From assembly GCA_963805975.1 (NCBI GenBank), contig CAWDVR010000001.1, positions 320,001-384,000 on the forward strand: 64,000 nt of DNA. Direction: 5' to 3'. Position 1 is the stretch's first letter; every line of letters begins with the position of its first letter. Source of the DNA: an uncultured Acidobacteriota bacterium. GTDB taxonomy: Bacteria; Acidobacteriota; Thermoanaerobaculia; Multivoradales; SZUA-115. Positions 36,389-49,507 of the stretch are shown piece after piece. Under the pieces are notes generated by a model, which worked only from the letters and a program-made list of their open reading frames with translations, was not told the DNA's origin and ran no database searches. A program made the position numbers and the translations under genes.

Positions 36389-37543
36389 TCAGTATGGGTT
36401 GCGGCCGAACAGGAACTCGATGCCGAGGCCGATCATCGCGGAGCCGTCGCGCGGCTTGTCGCGCTCTTTCCGCGGCCAGGTGTAGCCCACGATCAGCTCG
36501 CCGAAGAGGAACGGCTTGCCCGCCGGCCGGCGGTAGATGGCACGCGCGCCGTACTCGCGCATCCTGATCTCGGCGTCGGTCGAGCCGCGGGCGAACCACT
36601 CGGCGGCGATGGCGCGCTCTCTGTGCAGGTTGCGGTAGAGCAGGAACGCCTCGCGCCAGGCCAGGCCCTCGGTCGATTCCGTCATCGTGCCGACGCTGCC
36701 CCAGCGGAAGACCAGGTTGCGCTTCAGCACGCGGTCGTAGTCCGCGCTGCTGGTGAAGCCGAAGCCCTCGCGGTTCTCCCAGAAGGCGGTCTCGCGAAAG
36801 CGCCACACTGCGTTCTCGCCGATGAAGATGTTGCGCCGGTAGCGGCCCTGCGCGAAGACCTCGGGCGCGCTCTTGAGCTTGCCGCCGACCCGGAAGTCCA
36901 CCTTCGATTGCCACTTGCCGGGCGGGGAGTAACCGAGGCCGGCGAGCCACCGCTCCTGGCTCTCGAGGCCGAAGATCGAGGAGCGGATGGCGAAGCCTTC
37001 CTGGCGGTCGGAGACGAACTCCTCCTCGTCGTCGCGGCCCAGGAAGAGGTTGACGCGGCGCTCGAGGTTGGGCAGGTCGTAGCGCAGGCGGAGCCGGGCG
37101 CTGGGGTCGAGCCCTTCGAACTCGGTGTAGAGGCCCGAGAGCTCGACCCGCCCGGAGACCGCGCGGGCGTTCTCGACGTCCGGCTCGCCGCCGAAGAGGC
37201 CGTCGAACCAGAGCGTGGCGCCGCAGAAGGTCGCTTCGAGGAGCCGGCGGGTGTCGTCGAGAAAAGCGCCTTCGTCCGGCTGGCGGCAGAGGTCGCGGAG
37301 TCGCGGGCGGGCGATCTCGGGTGGGGAGCTGGCAGGGGCCTTCGTTGCCACCGGCTCGCCGGGCATTGCCGGGTCCGTGACCCCTGCCTCGGGGGCCGCC
37401 GCCTCGGGAGACACCTTCTCGGCCGCGGGAACCGCGCCTGGCTGGGTCTCAGGCCGCGAGCGCCCGGCGCACCCGACCGCCACCAGCCCCAGTACCAGGG
37501 CTCCGACCAGCGCACCGAGGCGCCGGGCTGATGTGGGATGCAT
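36389..37543 (-). CDS. Hypothetical lipoprotein, probable outer-membrane beta-barrel
   Basis: LVAVGC lipobox, Pro/Ala linker, WFDGLFG, then alternating amphipathic strands ending GIEFLFGRNPY. Confidence 0.75.
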   Translation of the reverse strand: MHPTSARRLGALVGALVLGLVAVGCAGRSRPETQPGAVPAAEKVSPEAAAPEAGVTDPAMPGEPVATKAPASSPPEIARPRLRDLCRQPDEGAFLDDTRRLLEATFCGATLWFDGLFGGEPDVENARAVSGRVELSGLYTEFEGLDPSARLRLRYDLPNLERRVNLFLGRDDEEEFVSDRQEGFAIRSSIFGLESQERWLAGLGYSPPGKWQSKVDFRVGGKLKSAPEVFAQGRYRRNIFIGENAVWRFRETAFWENREGFGFTSSADYDRVLKRNLVFRWGSVGTMTESTEGLAWREAFLLYRNLHRERAIAAEWFARGSTDAEIRMREYGARAIYRRPAGKPFLFGELIVGYTWPRKERDKPRDGSAMIGLGIEFLFGRNPY

Positions 37544-37675
37544 GGCGCGTATCGTACGAGATTTCCCGTACCGATACACGCCATGCCGGAAAGAGGGGCT
37601 ACCAGCGCACGCGTACGGCCGCGGCGGCGTTGCGGCCGGGGGAGCTGTAGCGGTCCTTGACCGCGGTCCGGATTG

Positions 37676-38866
37676 TCAAGAAGCCGGGCGCCAGGGCTCG
37701 CCGCCGGAGAACCCCTCGTAGGAATGCCGGTACTCGAGGCTCGCCGGCACTTGGCGCAGGCGCTGGCCGTCCAGGGCGCCGCCGCGCGCCACGCCGTCGA
37801 AGCCGAAGCGGGAGCCCGAGTGCGAGTCCATGAGCACATCTTCCGTGGGATCGAGCGCCAGCACCAGCTCGCGATCGCCGAGCCGCCGGTCCCAGGCGCG
37901 GTAGGAGATGCCGTCGGCGCGCAGGTGGATGGCCAGAGGCAGCCCGCGGATCGTGTCCTGGAGCAGCCGGTCGCGGGCCAGCACCGACCACGGGTAGCTG
38001 CGCGCCTCGCCGCCTTCCTTCACCCCGACCACCCACTGCCAGGCGGGGCCACGGGCCGGGTCCTCGCGCTTGGCATCGAAGCCGTCGAAGCCGAACATCC
38101 GATAGCCCTCGGCAAAGGCCGGGTCCGGCTGCAGCACCAGGCTGTCGGGATGCAGGGCCAGCCACTCGCCGAGCGTCATCTGGTCGGCCAGCAGCTCCGG
38201 CAGCCGCTCCCTGAAGAGCGGGCCGACGATCGACTTGCCGTTCGCCTGGTACCACCAGGTGCCGGTCTCGCGGTCCTCGTAGACCGAGTTGTAGCGGTAG
38301 GCGCCCACCAGGTCGAAATGGAGCCAGCGGCTGCCGGCCCACGGCTTGAACACCTTGCCGGTGCGGCACATCGTGCAGTAGGTCACCCAGACCGGCTCGC
38401 CGCCGAGCGTGTCCTCTACCCGGTGGTGGTAGGCGAGGAGGCGGATGGGGTAGGCCCGGGCCTCGCCGCCGCGGGCAATTCCCAGCACCAGGGTCGAAGG
38501 TGGCAGCTCCGGGCTCGTCCCCTGGGCGAAGCGCACCGTCTCGGCCGGCCGGAACCAGGCCGCGGGGGCCATTTTGACTTGGGCCACCCAGAGCACCCCC
38601 GCGGCCAGCGCGACGCCCAGCACGGCCGCGACCTTGCGCCAGGCCCTCAGGGACGAGCGCAGCATCAGCAGCAGGCCGGCGAGGAGGAGGGCGCCGCCGC
38701 CGATCTCGGTCCAGGGCCGCAGGCGCTCGAGGTGCCAGGCAAAGGCGGCGGAGTCGAGCCGCTGCGAGCCGGGAAAGGGTTGGAAGAGGTAGGCCGCCAG
38801 GGCGGTCGGCAGGACGACCAGCAAGAGGCCCGTCCAGTAGACGAAGCGGGTGCGGCGTGCGCTCAC
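37676..38866 (-). CDS. DUF3179 domain membrane protein
   Basis: N-terminal TMs; ARAYPIRLLAYHHRVED, VTYCTMCRTG, DRETGTWWYQANG, DSHSGSRF..DG.A..G.L.G..L. GTG start assumed. Confidence 0.85.
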   Translation of the reverse strand: MSARRTRFVYWTGLLLVVLPTALAAYLFQPFPGSQRLDSAAFAWHLERLRPWTEIGGGALLLAGLLLMLRSSLRAWRKVAAVLGVALAAGVLWVAQVKMAPAAWFRPAETVRFAQGTSPELPPSTLVLGIARGGEARAYPIRLLAYHHRVEDTLGGEPVWVTYCTMCRTGKVFKPWAGSRWLHFDLVGAYRYNSVYEDRETGTWWYQANGKSIVGPLFRERLPELLADQMTLGEWLALHPDSLVLQPDPAFAEGYRMFGFDGFDAKREDPARGPAWQWVVGVKEGGEARSYPWSVLARDRLLQDTIRGLPLAIHLRADGISYRAWDRRLGDRELVLALDPTEDVLMDSHSGSRFGFDGVARGGALDGQRLRQVPASLEYRHSYEGFSGGEPWRPAS

Positions 38867-39011
38867 AGCAGAGGCTCCACGGGTTCGAGGGGGATGAAGA
38901 TCGAGGAGTGTGACACAGCACCAGCCCCACGATCGAAGAGCTTCGTGCCCAGGCCGGTTTTCGCTGCCGACACTCCGCTGCCGATAGAATCGGCGCCTTC
39001 TCGGCGCTGAC

Positions 39012-41981
39012 ATGGCTGCATTCGTTCCCTCTGGCAAGCGGCAACTCGGCCGGATCGTGGGGTGGCTGGGTCTCTTCGCCCTCGCTCCCTGCGTCGTTGT
39101 CGGCCAGCCGGCCGAGCGCGGCTTTCCTCTGCTCCAGACCTACTCCTTCGCGGTCGAGCCGAGCGCGCCGGAGAGCTTCGACGTCGCCCAGGACTCGCGC
39201 GGGCTGCTCTACGTGGGGAACCTGTCGGGCATCCTGATCTACGACGGCCACTGGTGGCATCGGCTCTCCAACCGCAACGGCTCGGCGGCGTTCGCGCTGG
39301 CCAGCGACGGGGGCGGGCGGGTGGCGGTGGGCGGGGTCGACGAGCTGGGTTACGTGAGCGTCGGCGCCGGTGGTGCGCTGGGCTACCACTCGCTCACCGC
39401 GCGGCTGCCGGAGAGCGAGCGCGAGCTCGGCGAAGTGCGGGCCGTGCAGCCGACAGCCGAGGGCTTCGTGTTCGTGGCCGAGCGCCGCGTCCTCACCTGG
39501 GATGGCAGCGCGCTCACCCCGGTGGCGGAGCTGGCGGCGGGCAGCGCGCCGGCCGCCGCCCACCGCGTCGGGGACGAGGTCTACGTGTGGGTGCCCGATG
39601 GGCTGAAGCGCCTGGCCGGCCGGAGTCTCGAGCCGGTCGCGGGCGGCGAGCAGTTTCGCGGCCGGAGGGTGGCGCTGATGCTGCCGGCCGAGGGCGGTGC
39701 CCTCCTCGGCGTCGAAGGAGAGGGGCTGTATCTGTTCTCCGGCGGGCGCGCCGTGCCCTTCGCGCCGGAGGCCTCGCGGTGGGCGGTGGCCAAGCGCCTG
39801 ACCCGCGGCCGCCGGCTGCCGGACGGCCGGTATGCGTTCGCCTCGGTCCACGGCGGCCTGCTGCTGCTGCACGCGGACGGCACGGTCGATCAGGTGATCG
39901 ACACCGCCGTGGGTCTGGCGGACGACTTCGTCACCGGCCTGACGGTCGATCGCGAGGGTTCGCTCTGGCTGTCGCTCCACAACGGCCTGGCGCGGCTCGA
40001 GGTGAGCTCGCCGCTGTCGGTGATCGACGGGCGTGCCGGGCTCAAGGGCTCTCCCATGCACGTCACCCGGCACCAGGGCCATCTGTGGATCGCCACCTCG
40101 GCCGGCGTCTTCACCACCCAGGGCGTGCGCGCGGACCCGGCCGGGCCGCTGCACGTGCGGCCGGTGCGCGGCTTGCCCGCCGCCCCGGCGTGGAGCCTGC
40201 TGTCGCTGGGGCACGTGCTGGCGGTGGGCACCTCGGCCGGGGTCTACCTGGTGGGCGAGAGCGGCGTGCGCCCGGTGCCCGGTACCGAGGCGACCAAGGC
40301 CTACCTGCTGGCCTTCTCCCAGGGCGAGTCGCACCGGGTGTGGGTGGGGATGCGCGAGGGCCTGGGCGTGCTGCTCCATGAGCAGGGCGAGTGGAGGTGG
40401 GGAGGTCAGGTCGCGGGAGTGCCGCGCTACGTGCGGTCGCTGGTCGAAAGGGAGAAGGGCGTGCTCTGGTGCGGCACCACTTTCGATGGCCTGGCCCGCG
40501 TGGAGGTGGCCTCCGACGACCTCCCGGCGCGGCGCGCGCGGGTGACGGTCAAGCCCGGCAGGGGCGACGGCGGCGTCGAGACGGGCATCTTCCAGGTGGG
40601 CGATCACATCCTCGGCATCTGGGGCGACCGCGTGCTGCTGCTCGACGAGACCACCGGCGCGCTGGCCGAGAACCCCTCGCTGGTGGCGCTCAACGACCGC
40701 GGTCAGGTCTTCAACGGGGCGCAGGACGCCGCCGGCAACGTCTGGCTCAACACCAAGCCGCCCACCGTTGCCGTGGACCGCGGGGCCGGCCGCGGCATCG
40801 AGGCCCGCTCGCTGGTCTCGGTGGTGGCGCGGGACATCCAGCAGATCATCGCCGAGCCGGACGGGGTGGTCTGGCTGGCGACCGAGCGCGGCCTCTTCCG
40901 CCACGCCGGCACCTTCCACGGCGAGCCCGCCGTGCCGCCGGCGCCCCGGGTGCGGCGGGTCACGCTGGCGGGTGGTGCGCTGCCGGTCACCAGCAGCGGG
41001 CCGGTGCTGCCGCCCGACTCCCGCCGCCTGCGCATCGAGCTCGGGCCGGTCTCGTACCGGCCGGGCCTCGCCTACCAGACCCGCCTCGACCCGCTGGACG
41101 GCGATTGGGGAGAGGCCACGGCCGAGCCCTTCGTCGAGATCGGCCGCCTCCCCGCCGGCGCCTACACCCTCCGGGCGCGCACCCGAGGGCCGAACGGCGA
41201 GCTGGGGCCGGAGACGGAATGGCCGTTTCGCGTGCAGCCGCCCTGGTACGGCACGCCGTGGGCGATCGCGCTGTGGGCGGCGCTGGGGCTGGTGGTGGTC
41301 GGCGGCTACACCCGGCTGCGCAGCCACACCCTGCGCCAGCGCGCGGGGGAGCTCGAGAGCCGGGTGGCCGAGCAGACCCTGGAGCTGCGCCGGGCCGTCG
41401 ACGAGCTGTCGCGCGCCCAGGGCGAGGTGGTAGAGAAGAACCGGCTGCTCGAGGTGGCGAACGAGCGCCTGGAGGAGCTCTCGCTCCACGACGATCTCAC
41501 CGCCATCTTCAACCGCCGCCGGCTGCAGCAGGCCCTGGACGAGGAGTGGAACCGCGCCCGCCGCCAGCGGTCGCCGCTCGCCTTCGTGCTCCTCGACCTC
41601 GACCATTTCAAGCGCCTCAACGACAGCCGCGGCCACCGCGAAGGAGACCAGGCGCTGCGCGCCGTGGCCCACCATCTAGCGGAGCACGCGCGGCGCACCG
41701 GCGACCTGGCGGCGCGCTTCGGGGGCGAGGAGTTCGCGCTCCTGCTGCCGGGGAGCGACATCCAGGGTGCGCTGCGGGTGGCCGAGGAGCTGCGCGCCGG
41801 CATCGAGGCCCTGGGCCTGCCGCACCCGGAAGCGCCCGGCGGCCGGCTCACCGCGAGCCTCGGCGTCGCGGCCCTCACACCGGGCCCCGAGGACCGGCCC
41901 GAGACGCTGATCGAGGCCGCGGACGCGGCCCTCTACCGCGCCAAGACCGAAGGCCGGAACCGGGTGCGGGCGGCCGGCTGG
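39012..41981 (+). CDS. Diguanylate cyclase with periplasmic beta-propeller/Y_Y_Y sensor
   Basis: Signal peptide, propeller repeats (DREGSLWL), LPAGAYTLRA, PPWY..WA TM, coiled coil, DLDHFKRLND, RFGGEEF, ALYRAKTEGRNRV. The natural stop appears lost at about 41980 (the ORF track runs to 42203). Confidence 0.9.
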
Positions 41982-43248
41982 CGCAGGAGGGCGGCGGCAG
42001 CACGGCGATGCCGTCCGTGGTCGCCGTCTGGGGCTCGAGCGTGGCGAGCGGGCCCAGGCGGCCGAGCTGGGGCCAGAGCCAGGCCACGAGACCCACCACG
42101 GCGAGCGCTCCCACCCCGCCGCCCACCACCGAGAGCACTGGGCCCACCAGGGCGGCGGTGGCACCGCTCTCGAAGCCGCCGAGCTCGTTCGAGAAGCCGA
42201 TGAACACGTAGTGGACGGCCGACACCCGGCCCCGCAGGTGGTTGGGGGTCAGGAGCTGCTCGAGCGTCCAGCGGATGACGACGCTCACCTGGTCGAAGAC
42301 CCCCACCAGGAACAGGCAGACGAGCGACAGCGGCAGCGAGCGCGAGAGCCCGAAGCCGATGGTGGCGAGGCCGAAGCCGGCCACCGTCACCAGCAGCACG
42401 CGCCCCGGCCGCCGCCAGGGCTTGAGCCGCGTGAGGGCGAGGGCCATGGTGAGAGCGCCCAGCGACGGCGCGGCGCGCAGCCAGCCGAGGCCCACCGGGC
42501 CGACGCCCAGGATGTCCTTGGCGAAGATCGGCAGCAGGGCCACGGCGCCGCCCAGGAGCACCGCGAAGAGGTCGAGCGTGATCGCGGCCAGAAAGACCGG
42601 GTTGTGGCGGATGAAGGCGAAGCCCGCGAACAGGTCGGCCCTGGCGAGCTCCCGGCCTTCGGGCCTGGGCTTGCGGGCGGGCAGCGTGGCGAGCGCCGCG
42701 ACGAAGACGGCCTGGGTCGCCGCGGCCGCCAGGTAGGCCACGGTGGCGCCACCAGAGGCGGCGATCAACCAGCCGCCGAGCGCCGGTCCGGTGATCAGCG
42801 CGATCTCGAAGCAGGAGGCGAGCCAGGCGTTGACCGACAGGAACTGCTCCGGCTTGAGCAGCTCGGGCAGCAGCGCGGCGGTGGCCGGCGCCGCGAACGC
42901 GCGGGCCGTGCCCACCAGCACGAGCAGGGCATAGATCGCCGCCACCGGCGCCCCGAAGTGCGACACCGCCGCGAGCCCCAGCGCGGCGGCGACGAAGAGC
43001 GCCTGCGCCGCGATGGCGACGTTGCGGCGGGAGAAGCGGTCTGCGACGTTGCCCGCCGGCACCATCAGCAGCAGCACCGGCGCGATCTCGAAGGCGCCCA
43101 CCAGGCCCAGCGACCAGGCGCTGCCGGTGCGCTCGTAGAGCTGCCAGCCGACGGTGACGGAGAGGATCTGCGCGCCGAGCACCGCGGCCGTGCGCCCCAG
43201 CGCGAAGGCGGCGACGCCCGGAATGCGCCAGGCCTCCGCCGGCCGCAT
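41978..43248 (-). CDS. MFS transporter (EntS/DHA3-like)
   Basis: VGWQLYERTGS, GNVADRFSRR, LDLFAVLLGGAVALLP, LRGRVSAV..FIGFSNELG; 3' end affected by the same probable indel. Confidence 0.9.
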
Positions 43249-43310
43249 GGTGCCGCCGGCACCCGCCCGCGGGTCCTTCCCTTGTTGCGGACCGGGATCC
43301 AACGTGGTCT

Positions 43311-43790
43311 CTAGAGCGCCGCCAGCACGGCCTCGGCGCCGGAGACGGTCACCCCCGGCGCGGGCTCGACGCCCAGGTAGCGCACCACGCCGTCCTCGAG
43401 CACCATGGCGTAGCGCCGCGAGCGGTGGCCCATGCCGGCCCGGGCGAGGTCGAAGTCCAGACCCACGGCGCGCGCCAGCTCGCCGTTGCCGTCGGCCAGC
43501 ATGGTCACGTGACCGGCGGCGTTGGTGGCCTTGGACCAGGCCCCCAGCACGTGGACGTCGTTGACCGCCGTGCAGGCCAGGAGGTCCACGCCCTTCGCTT
43601 TGAAATCGTCGGCATGGACCAGGAAGCCCGGCAGGTGGTCGTCCGAGCAGGTGGGCGTGAAGGCACCGGGCACGGCGAAGAGCACCACTTTCTTGCCGGC
43701 GAAGAGCTCGCCGGTGTCGACGGGCTGAATCCCGTCCGCGGTCTTGGTCTGCACCTTGATGCTGGGGAACTTTTCTCCGACTGCGATCAT
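43311..43790 (-). CDS. Peroxiredoxin (Prx5/redoxin type)
   Basis: LFAVPGAFTPTCS..HLPG, AVND..V, LADGNG, RSRRYAM. Confidence 0.95.
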   Translation of the reverse strand: MIAVGEKFPSIKVQTKTADGIQPVDTGELFAGKKVVLFAVPGAFTPTCSDDHLPGFLVHADDFKAKGVDLLACTAVNDVHVLGAWSKATNAAGHVTMLADGNGELARAVGLDFDLARAGMGHRSRRYAMVLEDGVVRYLGVEPAPGVTVSGAEAVLAAL

Positions 43791-43882
43791 GGAAAGGCCC
43801 TCGGGGTTGATTCGGCTTCGGGTTGGATGCAAGGAGGAAACGGCGGCTGCGAGGCGGGGTGGATCTTACCGCTATCGACCCA

Positions 43883-45196
43883 CTAGCGCTCGAACCCTGC
43901 CGCGGCGGCCGCCGCCACCGCCTTCGCCAGCAGCTCGTTGCCGCGCCGGCCGAGGTGGCAGCAGGTGTCCTCGTAGAGCGGCTCCGGGGTCGCCGCGAAG
44001 ATCTGCGTCAGATCGTGGAAGGCCACGCCCTGCCGCGCCAGGCCGGCGCCCGCTTCCCGCAAGCGCGGATAGCCGGCCGCGACCGCGCCGCGGTAGGGAT
44101 GGTCGGCGAGGAATGCCACGCGGCGTTCCTCCTCGCCCATGGGCTTGGCGCCCTCGTCGTACTGGTTGGGCTGCAGGAAATGCAGGTACTCGATGCCCTC
44201 GCCCCGGCAGAGGAGGTGCATCTGCCACGAGGAGCGCGCCCACACCCGCGCCAGGTCTAGGTAGAGATCATCGGCTGAAGGATACGAGCGGCCAGGGCCG
44301 CGGGCGGCGTAGCCGAGCTGCGTGGGGTCGTAGGTCGCGAGCGCCTGCTCGGCGACCTCGAGCCGGCGCGCCAGGGCGCCGTCGAGCGCTTTCCACAGCA
44401 GTCCGGCGGTGAAGCTCGAGCGCCACGGGCGGCGCGAGAAGCCGGCGGCCCGCTCCTGGCGCGCGCGGCGGCGGTGGGCCCGCTCGCCCAAGAGCTCCAC
44501 CAGCCGCGGGTCGAGCTCCGCCACGCGCGCGAACCAGCTCTGGGGGAAGAAGGGGAAGACGCCGCGCGGCACCAGGTCGGCGGCCGGCAGGGCCACGTCG
44601 TTGAAGCCGTCGAGGTTGAGGACGAGGTCGAAGTGGGCGCCCAGGACCAGGAAGTAGTTGAGCGTCGCGAGCTGCTGCGGCTGCTTGTAGCCGAAGGCGG
44701 CCAGGTTGAGGACGGCGATGCGGCGGCCGGCGAAACGCGGCAGCCGGGAGAGCTCGCCGGCGAGCAGCTCGCGGTGCTGGCCGGCGAGGATGTTCGCCAC
44801 CGAGCCGCCGACCACCGCCACCAGCAGCTTGTCCGGCGCGGCCTCCTGGAAGAGCGGCTCCACGTTGAGCGGGAAGCCGTGCTCGATCGCCTGGGGGTCG
44901 AACCCCCGCTTCGCCGCGGGATGCCGGTCGGCGTCCATCACGAAGCCGAGGAAAGGGTGCAGCGCCTGCTCGTCGCGGTGGCGGCGTGGAAAGGGGAGCG
45001 CGTCGAGGTTCGGTGCGGCGGCCTCCACAGAGCCCTGGGCGCGGACCGCCGTGCGCTCGCGTTCCAGGTCGCCCCAGGAGACCAGGCTGCCGGCGCGCAG
45101 GGAGAGAGCGGTGAAGGAGATCAGCTCGCAGGCCGCGAGGACCAGGACGGCGAGAAGGGCGGTGAAGAGGAGACGGCGGGGCGCTGACGCACGCAT
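43883..45196 (-). CDS. Hypothetical SGNH/GDSL-like membrane-anchored protein
   Basis: N-terminal TM; [42 protein letters not shown]. Confidence 0.7.
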   Translation of the reverse strand: MRASAPRRLLFTALLAVLVLAACELISFTALSLRAGSLVSWGDLERERTAVRAQGSVEAAAPNLDALPFPRRHRDEQALHPFLGFVMDADRHPAAKRGFDPQAIEHGFPLNVEPLFQEAAPDKLLVAVVGGSVANILAGQHRELLAGELSRLPRFAGRRIAVLNLAAFGYKQPQQLATLNYFLVLGAHFDLVLNLDGFNDVALPAADLVPRGVFPFFPQSWFARVAELDPRLVELLGERAHRRRARQERAAGFSRRPWRSSFTAGLLWKALDGALARRLEVAEQALATYDPTQLGYAARGPGRSYPSADDLYLDLARVWARSSWQMHLLCRGEGIEYLHFLQPNQYDEGAKPMGEEERRVAFLADHPYRGAVAAGYPRLREAGAGLARQGVAFHDLTQIFAATPEPLYEDTCCHLGRRGNELLAKAVAAAAAAGFER

Positions 45197-45244
45197 GATG
45201 GATTCTGATCCCCCCGGTGCGGGAACCGGGCGGCCGGTGGAGGC

Positions 45245-45271
45245 GGACGGCCGGACCTGTGCCGGCCGTCC
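45245..45271 (-). terminator. Stem-loop downstream of recA
   Basis: GGACGGCCGG-ACCTGTG-CCGGCCGTCC 10-bp perfect stem; no clear U-tract. Confidence 0.5.
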
Positions 45272-45290
45272 TGAACCGGATCCTCGTGGT

Positions 45291-46334
<1,044 letters not shown>

Positions 46335-46539
46335 TCGAGTGGCTCCTGAGAACGTTCTGCGCCGCGGCTGGCCGGTATTGTACCTGCCCGCGCGGCGGTT
46401 TCGACAGATAATATGCGCCCGGTTTCCGCCTGCCCGAGGAGGCGGTGCACCGGGGCGCGCTCTAGCAACGGAATGGGGGGATCGTGAGCCGGGAACGCAG
46501 TCCACGGCCTGCCGCGACAGCGGTCGGTAAGGAGTCTCG

Positions 46540-47505
46540 ATGGTAACGGAGCCGCGTGCGGAGGGTCAAGCCGGCCTGGCGCCGCTCGCCGAGCGGCTGC
46601 GGGCCGCGAAGGGCCTCGCCGTCAAGCCCGCCGAGCCCCTCTCCCGCTACACCACCTTCAAGATCGGCGGCCCGGCCGAGCTGCTCGTCGAGGTGGAGTC
46701 GGAGCGCGCGCTCGCCCTCCTGCTCGCGGCGGTGCGCGCAGAGGGCGCGCCCTTCCACCTCCTCGGCCTGGGCTCGAACGTGCTCTTCCCGGACGCCGGC
46801 ATGGCCGGCGTGGTGGCGCGGCTGGGCAAGGGCTTCAAGCGCGTGTCGTTCGGCCGGGCGAGTGTCACCGCCGGGGCGGCCCTCGCGCTCCCCACCCTCG
46901 CCCGCCAGAGCGCGCGCCGGGGCCTCTCGGGCCTCGAGCCGCTCTGCGGCTTTCCTTCCACGGTGGGCGGCGCGGTGTGGATGAACGCCGGCTGCTACGG
47001 CACCGAGATCAAGGACGTGCTGCTCTCCGCCTGGCTGGTGGAGCGCGACGGCACGCGGCGCCGCATCGGCGTCCCGGAGCTGGGCGCCGGCTACCGCTCG
47101 ACTGCGCTCCAGGGCACCGATGCGATCGTCACCCGTGCCAGCTTCCGGCTCGAGCCGGCGGATGCTGCGGCCTGCACCGCGCGCATCGAGGAGCTGAACG
47201 CCAAGCGCTGGGCGAGCCTGCCCTACGGGGTGGGCAACGCGGGCTCGATCTTCAAGAACCCGCCGGGCGACTTTGCCGGGCGGCTGATCGAGGCCTGCGG
47301 CCTCAAGGGCCGGGAGCGCGGCCGGGCGGCGATCAGCCCCAAGCACGCCAACGTGATCGTCAACCTGGGCGGCGCCACGGCCGAGGACGTGCTCTGCCTG
47401 ATGCTCGAGGCGCGCCGGGCGGTCGCCGCGCGGTTCGGGACCACGCTCAAGCCGGAGGTGATCCTGCCGGGAGAGCTGGGAGAGAGGTGGCGAGCCGAGG
47501 AGTGA
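46540..47505 (+). CDS. murB: UDP-N-acetylenolpyruvoylglucosamine reductase
   Basis: [56 protein letters not shown]. Confidence 0.96.
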   Translation: MVTEPRAEGQAGLAPLAERLRAAKGLAVKPAEPLSRYTTFKIGGPAELLVEVESERALALLLAAVRAEGAPFHLLGLGSNVLFPDAGMAGVVARLGKGFKRVSFGRASVTAGAALALPTLARQSARRGLSGLEPLCGFPSTVGGAVWMNAGCYGTEIKDVLLSAWLVERDGTRRRIGVPELGAGYRSTALQGTDAIVTRASFRLEPADAAACTARIEELNAKRWASLPYGVGNAGSIFKNPPGDFAGRLIEACGLKGRERGRAAISPKHANVIVNLGGATAEDVLCLMLEARRAVAARFGTTLKPEVILPGELGERWRAEE

Positions 47506-47511
47506 TCGCCG

Positions 47512-48108
47512 TCACCCGGCCGGCCGCTGCCAGATCGAGGTCACGGTGTTGATCTTGACGCTCTGGTGAGCGAGCGGCCAGGAGGGGGGCACGCCCCACT
47601 CCGCGAGCGGCAGCCAGTTGGTGTCGTCCACCAGCAGGTAGCCGCCGGGCTTCAGCTTGGCGAGCGCCGCGCCGACGCACGCCTGACGGTAGTGGCCGTC
47701 GACCTCAATGAAGTCGAAGTGGGCATCGGGGAACTCGCCGACGAAGGCGACGTAGCGCGGCATCGGGTCGTAGACCGGCCGCGTGGGCTCCTCCGGCGGG
47801 TGGTCGAGCGGGACCACGCGCACGTCGACGTTCCCGATCCCCTGCCGGCTGAGCTGGCCGCGGAGCAGCTCGAGCCAGGTCGGGTCGTGCTCGACTGTCA
47901 CCAGGTGACCGAGGCGTTTCGCGAACCACTGCGTGCTCCGTCCGCTGCCCCATTCGAGACCGGCCCCGTGCCGGGGCAGATGGGCGTCGAGAAAGCGGAT
48001 GGCGCCGGGCGCCAGGAAGGGCTCGTCGCGGTGCGCGCGCTCGTAGAAGAAGTACCAGACCCGGCGCAGGAAGCTCACCGGGTGTCGCGCCCAGTGACCG
48101 ACATTCAC
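47512..48108 (-). CDS. Class I SAM-dependent methyltransferase-like protein
   Basis: [42 protein letters not shown]; GTGA overlap with the upstream gene. Confidence 0.8.
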   Translation of the reverse strand: MNVGHWARHPVSFLRRVWYFFYERAHRDEPFLAPGAIRFLDAHLPRHGAGLEWGSGRSTQWFAKRLGHLVTVEHDPTWLELLRGQLSRQGIGNVDVRVVPLDHPPEEPTRPVYDPMPRYVAFVGEFPDAHFDFIEVDGHYRQACVGAALAKLKPGGYLLVDDTNWLPLAEWGVPPSWPLAHQSVKINTVTSIWQRPAG

Positions 48109-49433
48109 GGCGCGGGCCGCCCCGGCGACTTGTAGACCACGCCTTCCTTCATCACGAAGTCCACCGCCTGGAGCACCGAGACGTCCGCCAGCGGGTCGCT
48201 CGGCACGGCGACGAGGTCCGCCCACTTGCCGGGCGAGACGCTGCCCAGCTCGTCCTCGCGGCGCAGCAGCTTGGCGGCCTCGACGGTCGCCGCCTGGATC
48301 GCCTGCATCGGCGTCATCCCCGCCTCCACCATGTAGGCGAACTCCTTGGCGTTCTCGCCGTGCGGCGCCACGCCCTGATCGGTGCCGAAGGCGATCTTCA
48401 CTCCGGCCTTGAGCGCGCGGGCGAACATCGCCTTCATCTGCGGCCCGATCGCCGCCGCCTTCGGACGCACGATCTCCGGGTAGAAGCCCTCGACCTTGGC
48501 CTGCTCGCCGACGTAGCGGCCGGCGGAGAGCGTCGGCACGAGATAGGTGCCGTGCTCGACCATCAGGCGGATCACCTCGTCGTCCATCAGCGTGCCGTGC
48601 TCGATCGAGTCCACCCCGGCGCGTACCGCGCGCTTCATGCCCTCGGCGCCGTGCGCGTGCGCGGCGACCGTGAAGTCGTAGTCGCGCGCCGTGGTCACGA
48701 TGGCGCGGATCTCCTCTTCGGTGAACTGCGGGTTCTGCGGGCTCTTGGCGAGCGACAGCACGCCGCCGGTGGCGGTGATCTTGATCAGGTCCGCGCCTTC
48801 CTTGTAGCGCTGGCGGACGGCCTTCGCCGCCTCCAGCGGGCCGTTGACCACGCCGTCCTTCGGTCCCGGGTCCCCCCGCAGGTCCTGAGCCCAGCCGTTG
48901 GTGGGGTCGGCGTGGCCGCCGGTGGTGCCGATGCCCTTGCCGGCGGTGAAGATGCGCGGCCCCTCGACGAAGCCGCGGCGGATGGCGTCGCGGAGGGAGG
49001 CGGTCACGCCGTCCGAGTCCCCCAGGTTGCGCACCGTGGTGAAGCCGGCGAGGAGCGTCTTTTTGCCGTCGTACACGGCGCGCAGCGCCACGTCGGCCGG
49101 GTTGAGCGTGAAGCGCTCGATGTAGGACTGCGGCGAGGACTCGCCGCCGAGATGGACGTGCATGTCGATGAAGCCCGGCAGCACCACGTGGTCCTTGAGA
49201 TCGATCACGTTTTCGCCGGCCGCCGGCGCCTGGTAGCCCTCGACCACGGCCGCGATGCGCGGCCCGTCGAGCACCACGGTGACGCCCTTGCGCGGCGTTG
49301 CCGCCAGGCCGTCGATCAGCGTGCCGGCGTGGACCAGCGTGCGCGGCGCGGCCCCGGCAGCCGACGCTGGGGCCACCGGTGCCAGGGAGCAGGCGAGGGC
49401 GAGGGCGAGCAGTTTCGACAGGGGGCGTGGCAT
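48105..49433 (-). CDS. Secreted metal-dependent amidohydrolase (Xaa-Pro dipeptidase-like)
   Basis: Signal peptide; [47 protein letters not shown]. Confidence 0.92.
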   Translation of the reverse strand: MPRPLSKLLALALACSLAPVAPASAAGAAPRTLVHAGTLIDGLAATPRKGVTVVLDGPRIAAVVEGYQAPAAGENVIDLKDHVVLPGFIDMHVHLGGESSPQSYIERFTLNPADVALRAVYDGKKTLLAGFTTVRNLGDSDGVTASLRDAIRRGFVEGPRIFTAGKGIGTTGGHADPTNGWAQDLRGDPGPKDGVVNGPLEAAKAVRQRYKEGADLIKITATGGVLSLAKSPQNPQFTEEEIRAIVTTARDYDFTVAAHAHGAEGMKRAVRAGVDSIEHGTLMDDEVIRLMVEHGTYLVPTLSAGRYVGEQAKVEGFYPEIVRPKAAAIGPQMKAMFARALKAGVKIAFGTDQGVAPHGENAKEFAYMVEAGMTPMQAIQAATVEAAKLLRREDELGSVSPGKWADLVAVPSDPLADVSVLQAVDFVMKEGVVYKSPGRPAP

Positions 49434-49507
49434 GAGGCCTCCGAGGGGTGAAGTTCGAGCAGGTCGGGCGGGCAGCCTAGCATGCGCCCGAGAGCCCGCA
49501 CACGGCC

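Noticed and set aside
46345-46362. AGAACGTTCT palindrome upstream of recA as a LexA box
   Set aside because: It matches neither GAAC-N4-GTTC, GTTC-N7-GTTC nor CTGT-N8-ACAG spacing; it cannot be supported.
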